25,672 bases of DNA from an uncultured archaeon (GTDB lineage: Archaea; Asgardarchaeota; Thorarchaeia; Thorarchaeales; Thorarchaeaceae), in contig CAZVZC010000032.1 of NCBI GenBank assembly GCA_964631415.1, positions 1 to 25,672 on the forward strand, given 5' to 3'. Below the pieces are notes generated by a model. It saw only the letters and a list, made by a program, of their open reading frames with translations, had not been told where the DNA came from and searched no databases. Numbering within the stretch: the first letter of the stretch is position 1; each line of letters starts with the position of its first letter. Of the stretch, positions 8,663 through 18,081 are shown in pieces. The position numbers and the translations under genes were made by a program.

Positions 8663-11572
8663 TTACAGGTTCCTGAGCACGACTGCAGGATTCACCGCTC
8701 CAGCTTTGAGGGCAGGAATATAACAGCTCGCAAGCATCGCGAAGCTGTCAGCCGACAAGACTAGCAGCATGACTGTGAAGGGAAATGTCAATACCTCCCC
8801 CAAGGCCGGGGAGAAAGGTGCGATTCCGAAGGTCAGGAGGCTCATGCAGTATCCGAATGCGGCACCCAGAGCCAGACTGATGCACATGGCAGCAATCACC
8901 GAGCCCGCGAACTCACCAAAGACCATCGACAGCACCTGCTTCTTTGTCCCGCCAAGGGCTCTGAATACTGCGTACTCCCAGTCGCGTTCCTTCACGGCTG
9001 AACCCAAGAAAAGGCCTATGGCTGAGATTCCCATCCCGGCACACAGTACGAAAGATATCACCGTGAGACCCTGAATTCCAGAGAGGAACAGGTGAACGGA
9101 GTAGGAAGCCGCAGTGTCAAATGTTTCAGGTGTGTAGACAAAGACGTTTCTCTCCGAATCGATGGTCTGCTGAACCAGAGTCATATCGCTGAAGCATGCA
9201 GTGTCAACGAGAAACAGGTCCGAGGTGTAGTAGTAGGTTAGTGATGACAGGATATCGAGGTTTACAAATGCAAAGCCACCTTGGCCTATCTGAAAGCCAA
9301 ACTGGGATGCAAATGATGCCGCTTGTAGGTCATATGTAGCAGCTACTCCGAAACTAGGGGCACTCCGCACAATGCCAACAATTTCAAACGATGCAAGCCT
9401 TGTCGAATTGATCGTTCCAAAATAGACAACAATGGTGTCACCCACGGTCTGATTCCAAAGCCTGCAATAGTACTCACTCAGTATGATTCCATTATCCTTG
9501 GCGCTCAGGGCGGAAAGCACGGCTTGGGCATCGCCAGTGACGAATGAATCGGTTGAGAAGTATCCAATGCGCGCGTAGTTCGCCGCATCGATTCCCTCCA
9601 AGAAGAATGGGAAGGCACCAACCTGAGCCCATGTTTCCACCACAGGAGTGACATAAGTCACACCCGGGAAGTTCGTCAGGGTGCTATTGTAACTGAGAGG
9701 CTTTCCATCACATTCTATTCGCATGTCACATCCAATCGAGTATCTCAGTTCGTTGTTGAGCGTGGCTTCGAAGCTTCCTGCCTGGATCAACATCATCGTG
9801 GTCGTTGTCAACGTGAGTGTAAGGATGACCAGCAGAGGGATGAACTGCCCCTTTCTTCTTCTGAGGCTTTGGCTCAGATACAGGCTCTTCTCACCAAGCA
9901 GGAAGGCAGTGCCACCAGACAACCTCCCGGTCGCCAGACGCATTGCCCTCGAACCAAGATATGAGGCCATGAAGAGCATCAGGGTGGCGCTCAGTATCTC
10001 AAGCACGGCAATGCTCCCTCTTGGGGCTATAATCAAGGGCATCAGAAGAAGTACAACAAGCACTGTTGTCAGGCCTATGACATAGCGCCACATGCCTGTC
10101 TGTTCGGCTTCCTCTGAAGGCTGTCCCACAGTAGGTTGCCCCACTTCTGACACATCAATCCGCCGGGCAACGTGCAGCAGGTATGCGGCGGGCAGATATA
10201 GCGCTATTGCGGCTGCAATCGCCAAGGCAACAGGGGAAACTGTTACTCTGTTGAAGAACCTCAGATACTCATTAGGGTCAAAAACGAATAGACCCACTGA
10301 TGAGCCCATGAGGGGAGCCATCAAAACTGAGAAGACCAGTCCAGCGCCAAACCCGAGCAATGAGAGAAGCAGGGACTCCCACATGAATGTCGCAAAGACT
10401 TGGTTGAAGGAAGCCCCCTTCGATCTGAGGGCACTTATCTCGCCCTTGCGACGCGCAATGGAAGTTTCAGATGTGAAGATGCTGAGCATGAGGCTCATGA
10501 TAAGGACGGGAAACGCGATCACCGTGAGAACCTGACTCTGAAGGTATGTCTTGATGCGCGCATCCATGCTCCAAATCTCCTCGAGGCCCATGACGGACAC
10601 CCTCGTGTACGCGCCCTCAATCTGAGTCTTCAGCGCGAGCAGGTTGTTCCCAATCTCCTCAGGGCCGAATGCAAGAAGCGCATTCTCGGAGGCTCTCAAC
10701 AAGCACACCGGGGAAAAGAAGGACCGAGTTTCCACGTCTGCTGCTATGTCCTCACTCACTTCGGACCGCAGTATCATCACTGAGTCGTTTATACCGAGTA
10801 CCGGATCTTCTGTCAGACTCATGGGGTCCCAGTTCTTGCGGCTCATGGATGGAAATGATTGGCTGATTAGCGTGCTGAGTGAGCGGACTTGGTAGACACC
10901 TGCAACTGTGAAACCATGCATGGCAACCCGTCCCCATGCGAATGGATTTCCTATGCTGTTTCGCGCATTCTGTCTAAACAAGTCGAAATCTATGACACTG
11001 CCAATGTCGATGTCAATGCTGTGGACCTGTCGAGCATAGCTGACAAACATGTCAGATACCAGCACCTGCCCTCCAGTCAAGGAGAAGTTTCCCCGACAGT
11101 CAAATTCCTGGGACCAGTTGCCAAGTATCTCGTTAGTCACGAGAATGACACGCATGTCCTTTATCCCTAGAGCATAGTTGAGGCCAATCGGCGAGTACAA
11201 AGACCAGCTCGGAAAGACATCCCCGGTGAGGATTCCCAAGGTGGAGGGCACAAGATGAGACCACGCAGTAAGCTGGCTGGCATCAGCCATCTGCTTGGCC
11301 GCCAAGAGATTGGAGGATGATACGCTCTCCCCTGCCTTGGGTTTAAGACTAAACTGGTACTGATTAGTTGCGAAGTAGTCATCAACTACTAGGTATGTCC
11401 CGGTGGACGTCCATACAAAGACCGTGGTCGGCAGGGCCACCCCTATGGCCAGCACCAATGCAATCCCGGCGTTGCGAATCGGATAGTTACGCAGTGATGT
11501 CAACGCATACCTTGCGGCCCACCATGGGTTGCCGGAGTAGGTGTTGGGTCTTTCCTTCTTCATGTCGTTCAC
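8663..11572 (-). CDS. Large FtsX/MacB-type ABC permease (two FtsX modules)
   Basis: RRKGEISALRSKGAS and ERDWEYAVFRALGG FtsX motifs; multiple TM segments; two large extracytoplasmic loops; C-terminal NPAVVLRNL. Confidence 0.9.
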   Translation of the reverse strand: MNDMKKERPNTYSGNPWWAARYALTSLRNYPIRNAGIALVLAIGVALPTTVFVWTSTGTYLVVDDYFATNQYQFSLKPKAGESVSSSNLLAAKQMADASQLTAWSHLVPSTLGILTGDVFPSWSLYSPIGLNYALGIKDMRVILVTNEILGNWSQEFDCRGNFSLTGGQVLVSDMFVSYARQVHSIDIDIGSVIDFDLFRQNARNSIGNPFAWGRVAMHGFTVAGVYQVRSLSTLISQSFPSMSRKNWDPMSLTEDPVLGINDSVMILRSEVSEDIAADVETRSFFSPVCLLRASENALLAFGPEEIGNNLLALKTQIEGAYTRVSVMGLEEIWSMDARIKTYLQSQVLTVIAFPVLIMSLMLSIFTSETSIARRKGEISALRSKGASFNQVFATFMWESLLLSLLGFGAGLVFSVLMAPLMGSSVGLFVFDPNEYLRFFNRVTVSPVALAIAAAIALYLPAAYLLHVARRIDVSEVGQPTVGQPSEEAEQTGMWRYVIGLTTVLVVLLLMPLIIAPRGSIAVLEILSATLMLFMASYLGSRAMRLATGRLSGGTAFLLGEKSLYLSQSLRRRKGQFIPLLVILTLTLTTTTMMLIQAGSFEATLNNELRYSIGCDMRIECDGKPLSYNSTLTNFPGVTYVTPVVETWAQVGAFPFFLEGIDAANYARIGYFSTDSFVTGDAQAVLSALSAKDNGIILSEYYCRLWNQTVGDTIVVYFGTINSTRLASFEIVGIVRSAPSFGVAATYDLQAASFASQFGFQIGQGGFAFVNLDILSSLTYYYTSDLFLVDTACFSDMTLVQQTIDSERNVFVYTPETFDTAASYSVHLFLSGIQGLTVISFVLCAGMGISAIGLFLGSAVKERDWEYAVFRALGGTKKQVLSMVFGEFAGSVIAAMCISLALGAAFGYCMSLLTFGIAPFSPALGEVLTFPFTVMLLVLSADSFAMLASCYIPALKAGAVNPAVVLRNL

Positions 11573-11575
11573 TCC

Positions 11576-14476
11576 TCACAGGTTTCTGAGGACAATGGCC
11601 GGGTCAGTCTTGGCGGCCTCACGTGCGGGCCAGTACGATCCTACAGTCATTGCCAGGATCTCGACAAGGAGTACAGCTGTAAGGAAACTCACTGGAAACG
11701 TGATCACCGCCGGCAGAGTCCTCGCGAATGGGCTCGCCGAGTAGACGAGGATGCTCATTACATAGCCAAACGCAGAACCCAAGACCACACTCAGTGCCAC
11801 ACAGGCCAGAACAATCCCGGTGAATTCTGAGAACACAGTGTTCACCACTTGCTTCTTGGAGCCCCCGACTGCGCGAAGAATCGCGTAATCACGCCTGCGC
11901 TCTCTAACCAATGAGCCCAAGAAGAGGGTCAGTGCAAATATGCTAAGGAGTAGCGACATCACAAACCCGATCGAGAAAAGGCCCTCAACCACACTGAGGA
12001 AGAGTGCAGTCCCGAAAGAGTACTTCTTCAACTCAAACTCCTGCGGCGTAGTCGCAGACACGCCGGGGATGTCTTGAATGGCTCTCAACAGGAAGCCTTG
12101 GTCTGTCACACAGACGAGGTCTCCGAGGAACAACTCAGCAGTGGCTATATCAGTAACTGAAGATGTGAAGAGCAAGTTTGTGATGCCGATGCCCGAAAGG
12201 CTCGATTGAAAACCAAAACCGGCACCCAACCGCGAGCCCGGGATGTAGGACTGGGCAGCATACCCGAAACCGGGCGCGCTATAGACAAACCCCACGATTG
12301 TAAGGTTTGTCAGGACCGGGGTCAGCCGCCCTCCAATCTGAAGGGTCAGAGTGTCGCCAATCGTCTTGTTCCAGCGGTTAGCATGGTACCTGCTGATGAT
12401 GATGCCGTCACTTGTTCGTGACAGCCGGGACAGGATGGCGCTTGGCTGCTCTCCCCCGAAGCTGGTTTCGTCGAAGTGGCCTATTAGGGAGTAGTCAACT
12501 GCGTCCAGTGCAACTATGGAAATACTCTCACTCCCGAGACGACCCCATGTGCGCATGACTGGCATCACTCTGTTGACCCCGGGATAGCCATCAAGTGTGC
12601 CATTGAAGCTGAAGGGCTGTGCTGTGCATGCAACCCGCAAGTCAGCACCTATCGCATAGTCGATCTCCCTGTTCAGGTCAGTCTGGAAGCTCTGCGCCTG
12701 CACTGTGAAGGCGACTGTGGATGATAGAGTCAGAGCTAGAACAACCATGAGAGGTATGGTTCGACCCTTGCGCATACGCAGATTGCCGGCTGCAATCAGA
12801 TTCTTCTCACCTAAGAGGAAGGAGAGTCTTGCCGACAGCCGGGCAAATCCTACTCTGAACATCCTTGACCCATTGTATGCCATGAAGAACCATGATGCAG
12901 TCCCAAGGCCAAGCTCAAGCATCAGCATTGTCGGATCTGCAGGCAGGAATATCGCGGCTGCGACTACCATTGCTAGGAGCACGATAGAACTGCCGAGAGT
13001 GAATCCATACGCCTCGCCGTAGAGATTGAGCGGTTCCGAGGTTTCCATCATTGTAGACCCAATCTCGGAGAGAGCAGCCTTTCGTGCTGAATTCAGAATG
13101 AGTAGAAGGGGTGGTACAATGCAGATTAGAGTGGAGTAGACAACTGCCTCGGGCCTCAGAACAGTGTTTGCCAAGTAGAACCCATACAGGTTCCAGTCAA
13201 AGAATAGAAACGCCTTGGCCGCAGGGATTAATGCGGCCAACAGTATACTCAGTGCAATGCCTATGATGAGGCTAAGTGTCGACATGATGACAGACTCTGT
13301 GATAAAGATGCCATAGACTTGGGCGGAGTTGGCGCCTTTGGACCTCAGTGCGCTCACCTCGGCACCTCTAGCGGCCATGAAAGTGTCAGCTGCAAAGACT
13401 GAGAGGAAAAGTGCAAGAATGAAAACTGGAAGATTGAGAAGAGTAAGAGGCATTGAAGCCATGTATGTGTCGACCAGACCCTGCAAGTACGCTATCTCAC
13501 CGAGGCCCTCACAGGTCACTTCGAACTGCTCATCCACTCTTGCCTTCAGGGTGAGCAGATTCTCTGCAATCTTGTCCGTACCCGCTGCGATGAGAGCAGT
13601 GGAAGAGGACCTCACGAACGAACGCGCACCGAAGAAACCCACTTCGGAAACTTGACCCACATCCACCGAGCTGGAGAGTATCATTATGCTATCGCGTATT
13701 CCCAAGACGGGAGTGTCTAGATTCACGAAATCGTAGTTGGATCGCATATGAGATGGAAAGCCTATCTCTATCAGTGAACCATAGCCCTCTACGTCGTATA
13801 TGCCCGCTACTTTGAGAAGTGTAAGACTCATCCTGTCGAGATCACCGATGGGTCCTGTGATACCCGTGGGTCGTGCTGTGAGCAGCTCAACATCGATTGT
13901 CGAATTGATGGTCAGAGTCTGATCAAACACCTCGTGTACGTAGTAGACGAACTGGCTCGAGACTAGGACCTCTCCGTGCTGGAGCTCGAACCGTCCTTCG
14001 ACACGGAAGTCGCGTGACATCAACCGGAGAAGGCTATTGTCGACAAGTATCACTTCACAGTCCTTCATCCCATCTGTGTAGATGGGCTCGTTCAGACCGT
14101 ACTGTGTGCTGTCTGGAAGCCGTGTGCCAAACACTAGACCGACTGTCGAATAGACCCTATGGACACTTTCAGTCAGCGGACTCGCACTCAGATAGTTCTG
14201 AGCGAGATCAACCTGATTCGTCCCACCCGGAGGGTTCTGCACCAGCATTTGAAAGGCGGTTTCGTCGAAGTAGCCGTCAACACTGACCTGCACACCGGTG
14301 TCGGCCCAGACGAAGACTGACCCAATGAGTGAAACTCCCAAGCTGAGTGTAAAGGCCAGACTCAATGCCCTGAACGGGTATGCTCTCATCGAGCGGAGGG
14401 CATACGACAAGGGATAGGCACGATTGCCTTTGTACCCGCCCATAGCTTTCTTCTCGTGTCTGGCCAGCATACTCAC
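11576..14476 (-). CDS. Large FtsX/MacB-type ABC permease, paralogue of the downstream gene
   Basis: RGAEVSALRSKGA and ERRRDYAILRAVGG; same architecture; C-terminal DPAIVLRNL. Confidence 0.9.
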   Translation of the reverse strand: MSMLARHEKKAMGGYKGNRAYPLSYALRSMRAYPFRALSLAFTLSLGVSLIGSVFVWADTGVQVSVDGYFDETAFQMLVQNPPGGTNQVDLAQNYLSASPLTESVHRVYSTVGLVFGTRLPDSTQYGLNEPIYTDGMKDCEVILVDNSLLRLMSRDFRVEGRFELQHGEVLVSSQFVYYVHEVFDQTLTINSTIDVELLTARPTGITGPIGDLDRMSLTLLKVAGIYDVEGYGSLIEIGFPSHMRSNYDFVNLDTPVLGIRDSIMILSSSVDVGQVSEVGFFGARSFVRSSSTALIAAGTDKIAENLLTLKARVDEQFEVTCEGLGEIAYLQGLVDTYMASMPLTLLNLPVFILALFLSVFAADTFMAARGAEVSALRSKGANSAQVYGIFITESVIMSTLSLIIGIALSILLAALIPAAKAFLFFDWNLYGFYLANTVLRPEAVVYSTLICIVPPLLLILNSARKAALSEIGSTMMETSEPLNLYGEAYGFTLGSSIVLLAMVVAAAIFLPADPTMLMLELGLGTASWFFMAYNGSRMFRVGFARLSARLSFLLGEKNLIAAGNLRMRKGRTIPLMVVLALTLSSTVAFTVQAQSFQTDLNREIDYAIGADLRVACTAQPFSFNGTLDGYPGVNRVMPVMRTWGRLGSESISIVALDAVDYSLIGHFDETSFGGEQPSAILSRLSRTSDGIIISRYHANRWNKTIGDTLTLQIGGRLTPVLTNLTIVGFVYSAPGFGYAAQSYIPGSRLGAGFGFQSSLSGIGITNLLFTSSVTDIATAELFLGDLVCVTDQGFLLRAIQDIPGVSATTPQEFELKKYSFGTALFLSVVEGLFSIGFVMSLLLSIFALTLFLGSLVRERRRDYAILRAVGGSKKQVVNTVFSEFTGIVLACVALSVVLGSAFGYVMSILVYSASPFARTLPAVITFPVSFLTAVLLVEILAMTVGSYWPAREAAKTDPAIVLRNL

Positions 14477-15267
14477 CCCTTAGTGCTCTGCCTTTCGCTC
14501 TCTGAGCTTGGGCCACGTGTCCTGCCCACGTCCACTCCACTGGGTTTGAAGAAAGCACTGACTAGCTCCTCAACTAAGACTCCGTCACGCAGCAACAGAA
14601 TCTTGTCAGCCATCCTTGCGACTTCTGGATCGTGGGTCACGACGATGACTGCACGCCCCTCCTTCTTTGCAAGGTCGCGCATGAGCTTGATTATCTCCTC
14701 CCCCGTCTTGTGATCAAGATCACCTGTTGGCTCATCACAGAGTAGAACAGCAGGATTGTTGGCTAGGGCACGTGCTAGAGCCACGCGTGAACGCATTCCT
14801 CCAGACAATTCGTGCGGCATGTGATGTGCTCTGTGGTCCACACCCACTGCCTTGAGAAGCTCCATTGCACGAGTGTAGCGCTCCTCAGCCTTTACCTCAT
14901 CCAAGAGCATAGGGACCTCGACATTCTCAAGGGCCGTGAATATGGGGAGCAGGTGCTGATCCTGAAACAGCACACCTATCTTGTTTCTTCTGATCCTAGA
15001 CATCTCATCGTCATCAAGAGATGTGATGTCTATACCTGCGACCAAGATGGTGCCACCTGTGGGACGGTCAAGACCGCCTATTAGGTTCAGTAGAGTGGTC
15101 TTGCCCGAACCTGATGCTCCAACTATCGCAACGAACTCGCCCTTCCGGACTGACAGGTTAGTCCCGCGGAGCACATGGATTATCCTTGGGCCGTCCTGAA
15201 AATCCCTGCGCACCTCGCGGCAGTCCACTGCAAAGTCGCCTTCACTCGCCAAAGGGGGTTTCTCCAA
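14473..15267 (-). CDS. LolD/MacB-type ABC ATPase
   Basis: GASGSGKT, LSGGM, LCDEPTGDLD, VTHD; GTGA overlap with the permease start. Confidence 0.92.
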   Translation of the reverse strand: MEKPPLASEGDFAVDCREVRRDFQDGPRIIHVLRGTNLSVRKGEFVAIVGASGSGKTTLLNLIGGLDRPTGGTILVAGIDITSLDDDEMSRIRRNKIGVLFQDQHLLPIFTALENVEVPMLLDEVKAEERYTRAMELLKAVGVDHRAHHMPHELSGGMRSRVALARALANNPAVLLCDEPTGDLDHKTGEEIIKLMRDLAKKEGRAVIVVTHDPEVARMADKILLLRDGVLVEELVSAFFKPSGVDVGRTRGPSSESERQSTKG

Positions 15268-15290
15268 GTAGCTCTCTCGCTTTGCGTCGA

Positions 15291-15298
15291 TTTTTAAA
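15291..15298 (-). promoter_or_regulatory. TATA box of the ABC operon (probably leaderless transcript)
   Basis: TTTAAAAA on the minus strand, 24-31 nt upstream of TTG 15267. Confidence 0.55.
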
Positions 15299-15424
15299 GT
15301 TGCTACTGGAGCAAGCGAACCGTCAATTCACTTACTGCTGCGAAGACAACATTGTTATCGGCACCAGCAGGGAGTGGAAGACCATAGCAGGCTCCAAAAA
15401 AGCTAGATCTGGCAGGGTAGTCGA

Positions 15425-15925
15425 ATGCGCGTGTTCGCAGTTTCGGGCTTCTCCGGTACCGGAAAGACAGCAGTAGTTGAAACTCTTGTCAGGGCCCTGA
15501 AGCAGAAAGGCAGCTCAGTCGCCACGGTCAAGAGCTCAAAGGAAGACATCGATGCCCCCGAGGGCACAGACACTTGGAAGCATGAGAAGGCAGGAGCAGA
15601 TCCCACAGTGCTGCTCGGACCGCACAGTACCACATTGAGGTTGAGAAGCAGGCAAAAGATACGCACTACACTGTTGGGACATGCTACCGACTTCCTGTTG
15701 ATTGAGGGGATGAAGGAGGAGAACATTCCGAAGTTCTGGTGTGTAGGAAACACGCCGTTCAGGCCGCGCGACATCCCCCCGAGCGCCGTAGCAGTGGTGG
15801 CATGGGACACCTCGGCAGTCGACGCCGCGAAGGTCAAGATGCCTGTGATTGGAGCGACAGACGTTGAGAAGCTGCTTGAGATTGTGATGAGAGAGGCAGT
15901 GGACATCTCGAAACTGGACATCTGA
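15425..15925 (+). CDS. mobB: Molybdopterin-guanine dinucleotide biosynthesis protein B
   Basis: SGFSGTGKT, VATVK, GTDTWKH..AGA, DFLLIEGMK. Confidence 0.85.
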   Translation: MRVFAVSGFSGTGKTAVVETLVRALKQKGSSVATVKSSKEDIDAPEGTDTWKHEKAGADPTVLLGPHSTTLRLRSRQKIRTTLLGHATDFLLIEGMKEENIPKFWCVGNTPFRPRDIPPSAVAVVAWDTSAVDAAKVKMPVIGATDVEKLLEIVMREAVDISKLDI

Positions 15926-15975
15926 TGATTGAGCCCGATCATCGTTCTGTCTCATCATGGTTGTGCAGCGTGTTT

Positions 15976-15988
15976 CGCAAAGTATAAC
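15976..15988 (+). promoter_or_regulatory. Putative BRE/TATA for the repeat-protein pair
   Basis: CGCAAAG followed by TATAA (15983-15987), about 30 nt upstream of ATG 16014. Confidence 0.45.
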
Positions 15989-16013
15989 AGCGATACAGGT
16001 TTTCGCGCGAGTC

Positions 16014-18044
16014 ATGAAACCTTGCCCAGCCGCAATGAGCCTCGCAGTGCTGATTGTGCTGGTATGCGGGGTCCCGTGTGCTGGGTGTGCAGCTGATGCG
16101 CAAGCAGTAGAGAATTCAGATCAAGTAAGAAACCGCGTTCACTCTCCAACCAGTTTCGAGGTCGGGCCAGCGTGGGATGACGTGTACGCTGGAGTCAATG
16201 TCACATTCCTCGAAACGGCAGTCAGGTACCTGTCTGAGCAGTGCCCACAACGAGTATGGTACCCTCTTGACAAAGCACCGTCGCCCCAGCTCGAGAAGGC
16301 ATGGGACTATGTTAACGACACGCTGATCACCCAGACTGGTGGACTGCTGCACTTCGACTTAGTGACTGAGCAGCTTGACCTAGTTGCAGTCAAGAATGGT
16401 TCTAGGCCTCATTCCGCGCCCTTGATAGTTTCGGGGGCAGTGGCCAGCCAGTGGGCTCCGGGAGCAAACGCATATGGTGCGTCAGCTGCAGCCGTGCTTG
16501 AAACAGCGCGAGTTATCTCTTCAATGAACCTGACCAACGATGTCTATTTCGTTCTGGTCAACACGGTTTCTGGCTCGTTCGGAGGGAGCAGCGGCTCAGT
16601 GGGAATAGACGCATTGCTGAATGATCTCGCTGACGAGGGAGTGAGACCTGCCGCTCTGTTGTACTACCATAGACTGCTCTACAGGACTGAAGAGCCAAAC
16701 GGGCATCGGGTGATACTAGGCTATAGTGACCTGAGCTCCGCCTATTCGCAGGAGAACCTACTGGCGGACATCGCATGCATGGCATCCAACATGTCAGGGG
16801 CAGGAGATGCACTCGCAGTCAACTCGGCTTCAGACATCTGGCTGAGGTCTGGAGCATATGACGCATATGTAAGAGGAATCCCTGGCTTCGTCGTGACACA
16901 GAGCTATCCGGATCCATACTCCGGAACTATCAATGACACATGGGATATCGCGTCTTACTCGTATCCCCAGCTTGCAGAAGCAGTGGGTACCGTTTCAGCT
17001 GTCATATCATTCTTCGGGTCACTCAACAGAGGCGAGGCACCTGTTCTTGAACACACAGTTGCCTTGGCCGGCCACTCCACTGGAGGCCTGATAATGCCTC
17101 TGTCTGGACGCTCCTATGTCAACGTCAGCATCAGCTGGACGGGCAGTACAACTCTGAAAGCAGACATTCAGTCGCCCAGTTCAATCGAGGTGTACACGCG
17201 TACCGAATCAGACAACTTGATTCATCTGGCTTATCTTGTTCAGCTTCCAGGACAACACACGCTCTCATTGACCAACCTCGGGGACAATGCCGTTGATCTC
17301 TCGGTTTTATACACTCATTGGCATGACTACGACTGGGACGGGCTGGACGACTGGCAGGAGTTCCTCTACAAAACAGACAGCCTCTCTTCGGACTCCGACT
17401 CAGACCAGCTCGATGATCTAACTGAAACTCTTGTGGGCAGTGACCCCAACATAGCAGATTCCGATTCAGATGGTGCAATCGATGGCGTTGAGATAGCACA
17501 TGGATCAAACCCGCTGGTGCAAGACACAGACAATGACACGGTCCTTGATGGTCTGGAGATTGAGTTGGGGATGGATCCGACAATGAAGGACTCGGATGAT
17601 GATGGCGTCGATGATGGCGTGGAGTTGAGTCTTGGTACCAACCCTCTGTCCAACGACTCGGACGCTGACGGTCTTGCAGACTCCACAGAACTGATGCTAG
17701 GGACCAGTCCACTGTTGCCTGACTCCGACTCGGACAGCCTCGGCGACTACTTCGAGGCATTGAATGGTTTGAACCCTCTATCTCAGGACTCCGACTCAGA
17801 TGGACTGACTGATGTCTACGAGATAGAACACTGCCTGAACCCCATCAACCCAGACACTGATTCAGATGGAATTATCGATGGCATCGACTGGGCACCGCGC
17901 GAGCATTGGATTATGACGGCCCCACCCATGGCTCTCATCGTGCTACTAGTGGGCGTTGTCATTTGGCTGGCTGCAAAGCGCCGCGCCTATGTTCGAAGAG
18001 GAGACTCGAGTGTGGCACGAGAGGGAAGAAAAGATGCTCTGTAG
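16014..18044 (+). CDS. Secreted, C-terminally anchored protein: degenerate M28-peptidase-like domain, beta-sandwich, nine DxDxDG Ca-binding (TSP3-like) repeats, TM helix
   Basis: Hydrophobic N-terminus; PGANAYGASAAAVLETAR and DVYFVLVN M28-like scaffold; repeats; TM LIVLLVGVVIWLAA followed by KRR; many N-x-S/T sequons. Confidence 0.8.
   Translation: MKPCPAAMSLAVLIVLVCGVPCAGCAADAQAVENSDQVRNRVHSPTSFEVGPAWDDVYAGVNVTFLETAVRYLSEQCPQRVWYPLDKAPSPQLEKAWDYVNDTLITQTGGLLHFDLVTEQLDLVAVKNGSRPHSAPLIVSGAVASQWAPGANAYGASAAAVLETARVISSMNLTNDVYFVLVNTVSGSFGGSSGSVGIDALLNDLADEGVRPAALLYYHRLLYRTEEPNGHRVILGYSDLSSAYSQENLLADIACMASNMSGAGDALAVNSASDIWLRSGAYDAYVRGIPGFVVTQSYPDPYSGTINDTWDIASYSYPQLAEAVGTVSAVISFFGSLNRGEAPVLEHTVALAGHSTGGLIMPLSGRSYVNVSISWTGSTTLKADIQSPSSIEVYTRTESDNLIHLAYLVQLPGQHTLSLTNLGDNAVDLSVLYTHWHDYDWDGLDDWQEFLYKTDSLSSDSDSDQLDDLTETLVGSDPNIADSDSDGAIDGVEIAHGSNPLVQDTDNDTVLDGLEIELGMDPTMKDSDDDGVDDGVELSLGTNPLSNDSDADGLADSTELMLGTSPLLPDSDSDSLGDYFEALNGLNPLSQDSDSDGLTDVYEIEHCLNPINPDTDSDGIIDGIDWAPREHWIMTAPPMALIVLLVGVVIWLAAKRRAYVRRGDSSVAREGRKDAL
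17325..17897 (+). repeat. Nine tandem ~66-nt (22-aa) coding repeats DxDxDGxxDxxE...G.NPL
   Basis: Counted from the translation, DYDWDG... to DTDSDGIIDGIDWAP; last unit partial. Confidence 0.9.
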
Positions 18045-18081
18045 ATTACATTCTCGGCCTAGCAACAGGACCGGAGTCATT

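Noticed and set aside
8769-14713. Many plus-strand ORFs of 60-150 aa opposite the permeases, and similar ORFs elsewhere
   Set aside because: Antisense shadows of well-supported genes with no independent motifs
15922-15960. TGATGA (box C-like) and a small hairpin after mobB
   Set aside because: No suitably placed CTGA box D; the motif is simply the stop-codon context
17956-18081. ORF-track N-terminal extension overlapping the upstream paralogue
   Set aside because: A signal peptide and a GGAG site support GTG 18082 as the start
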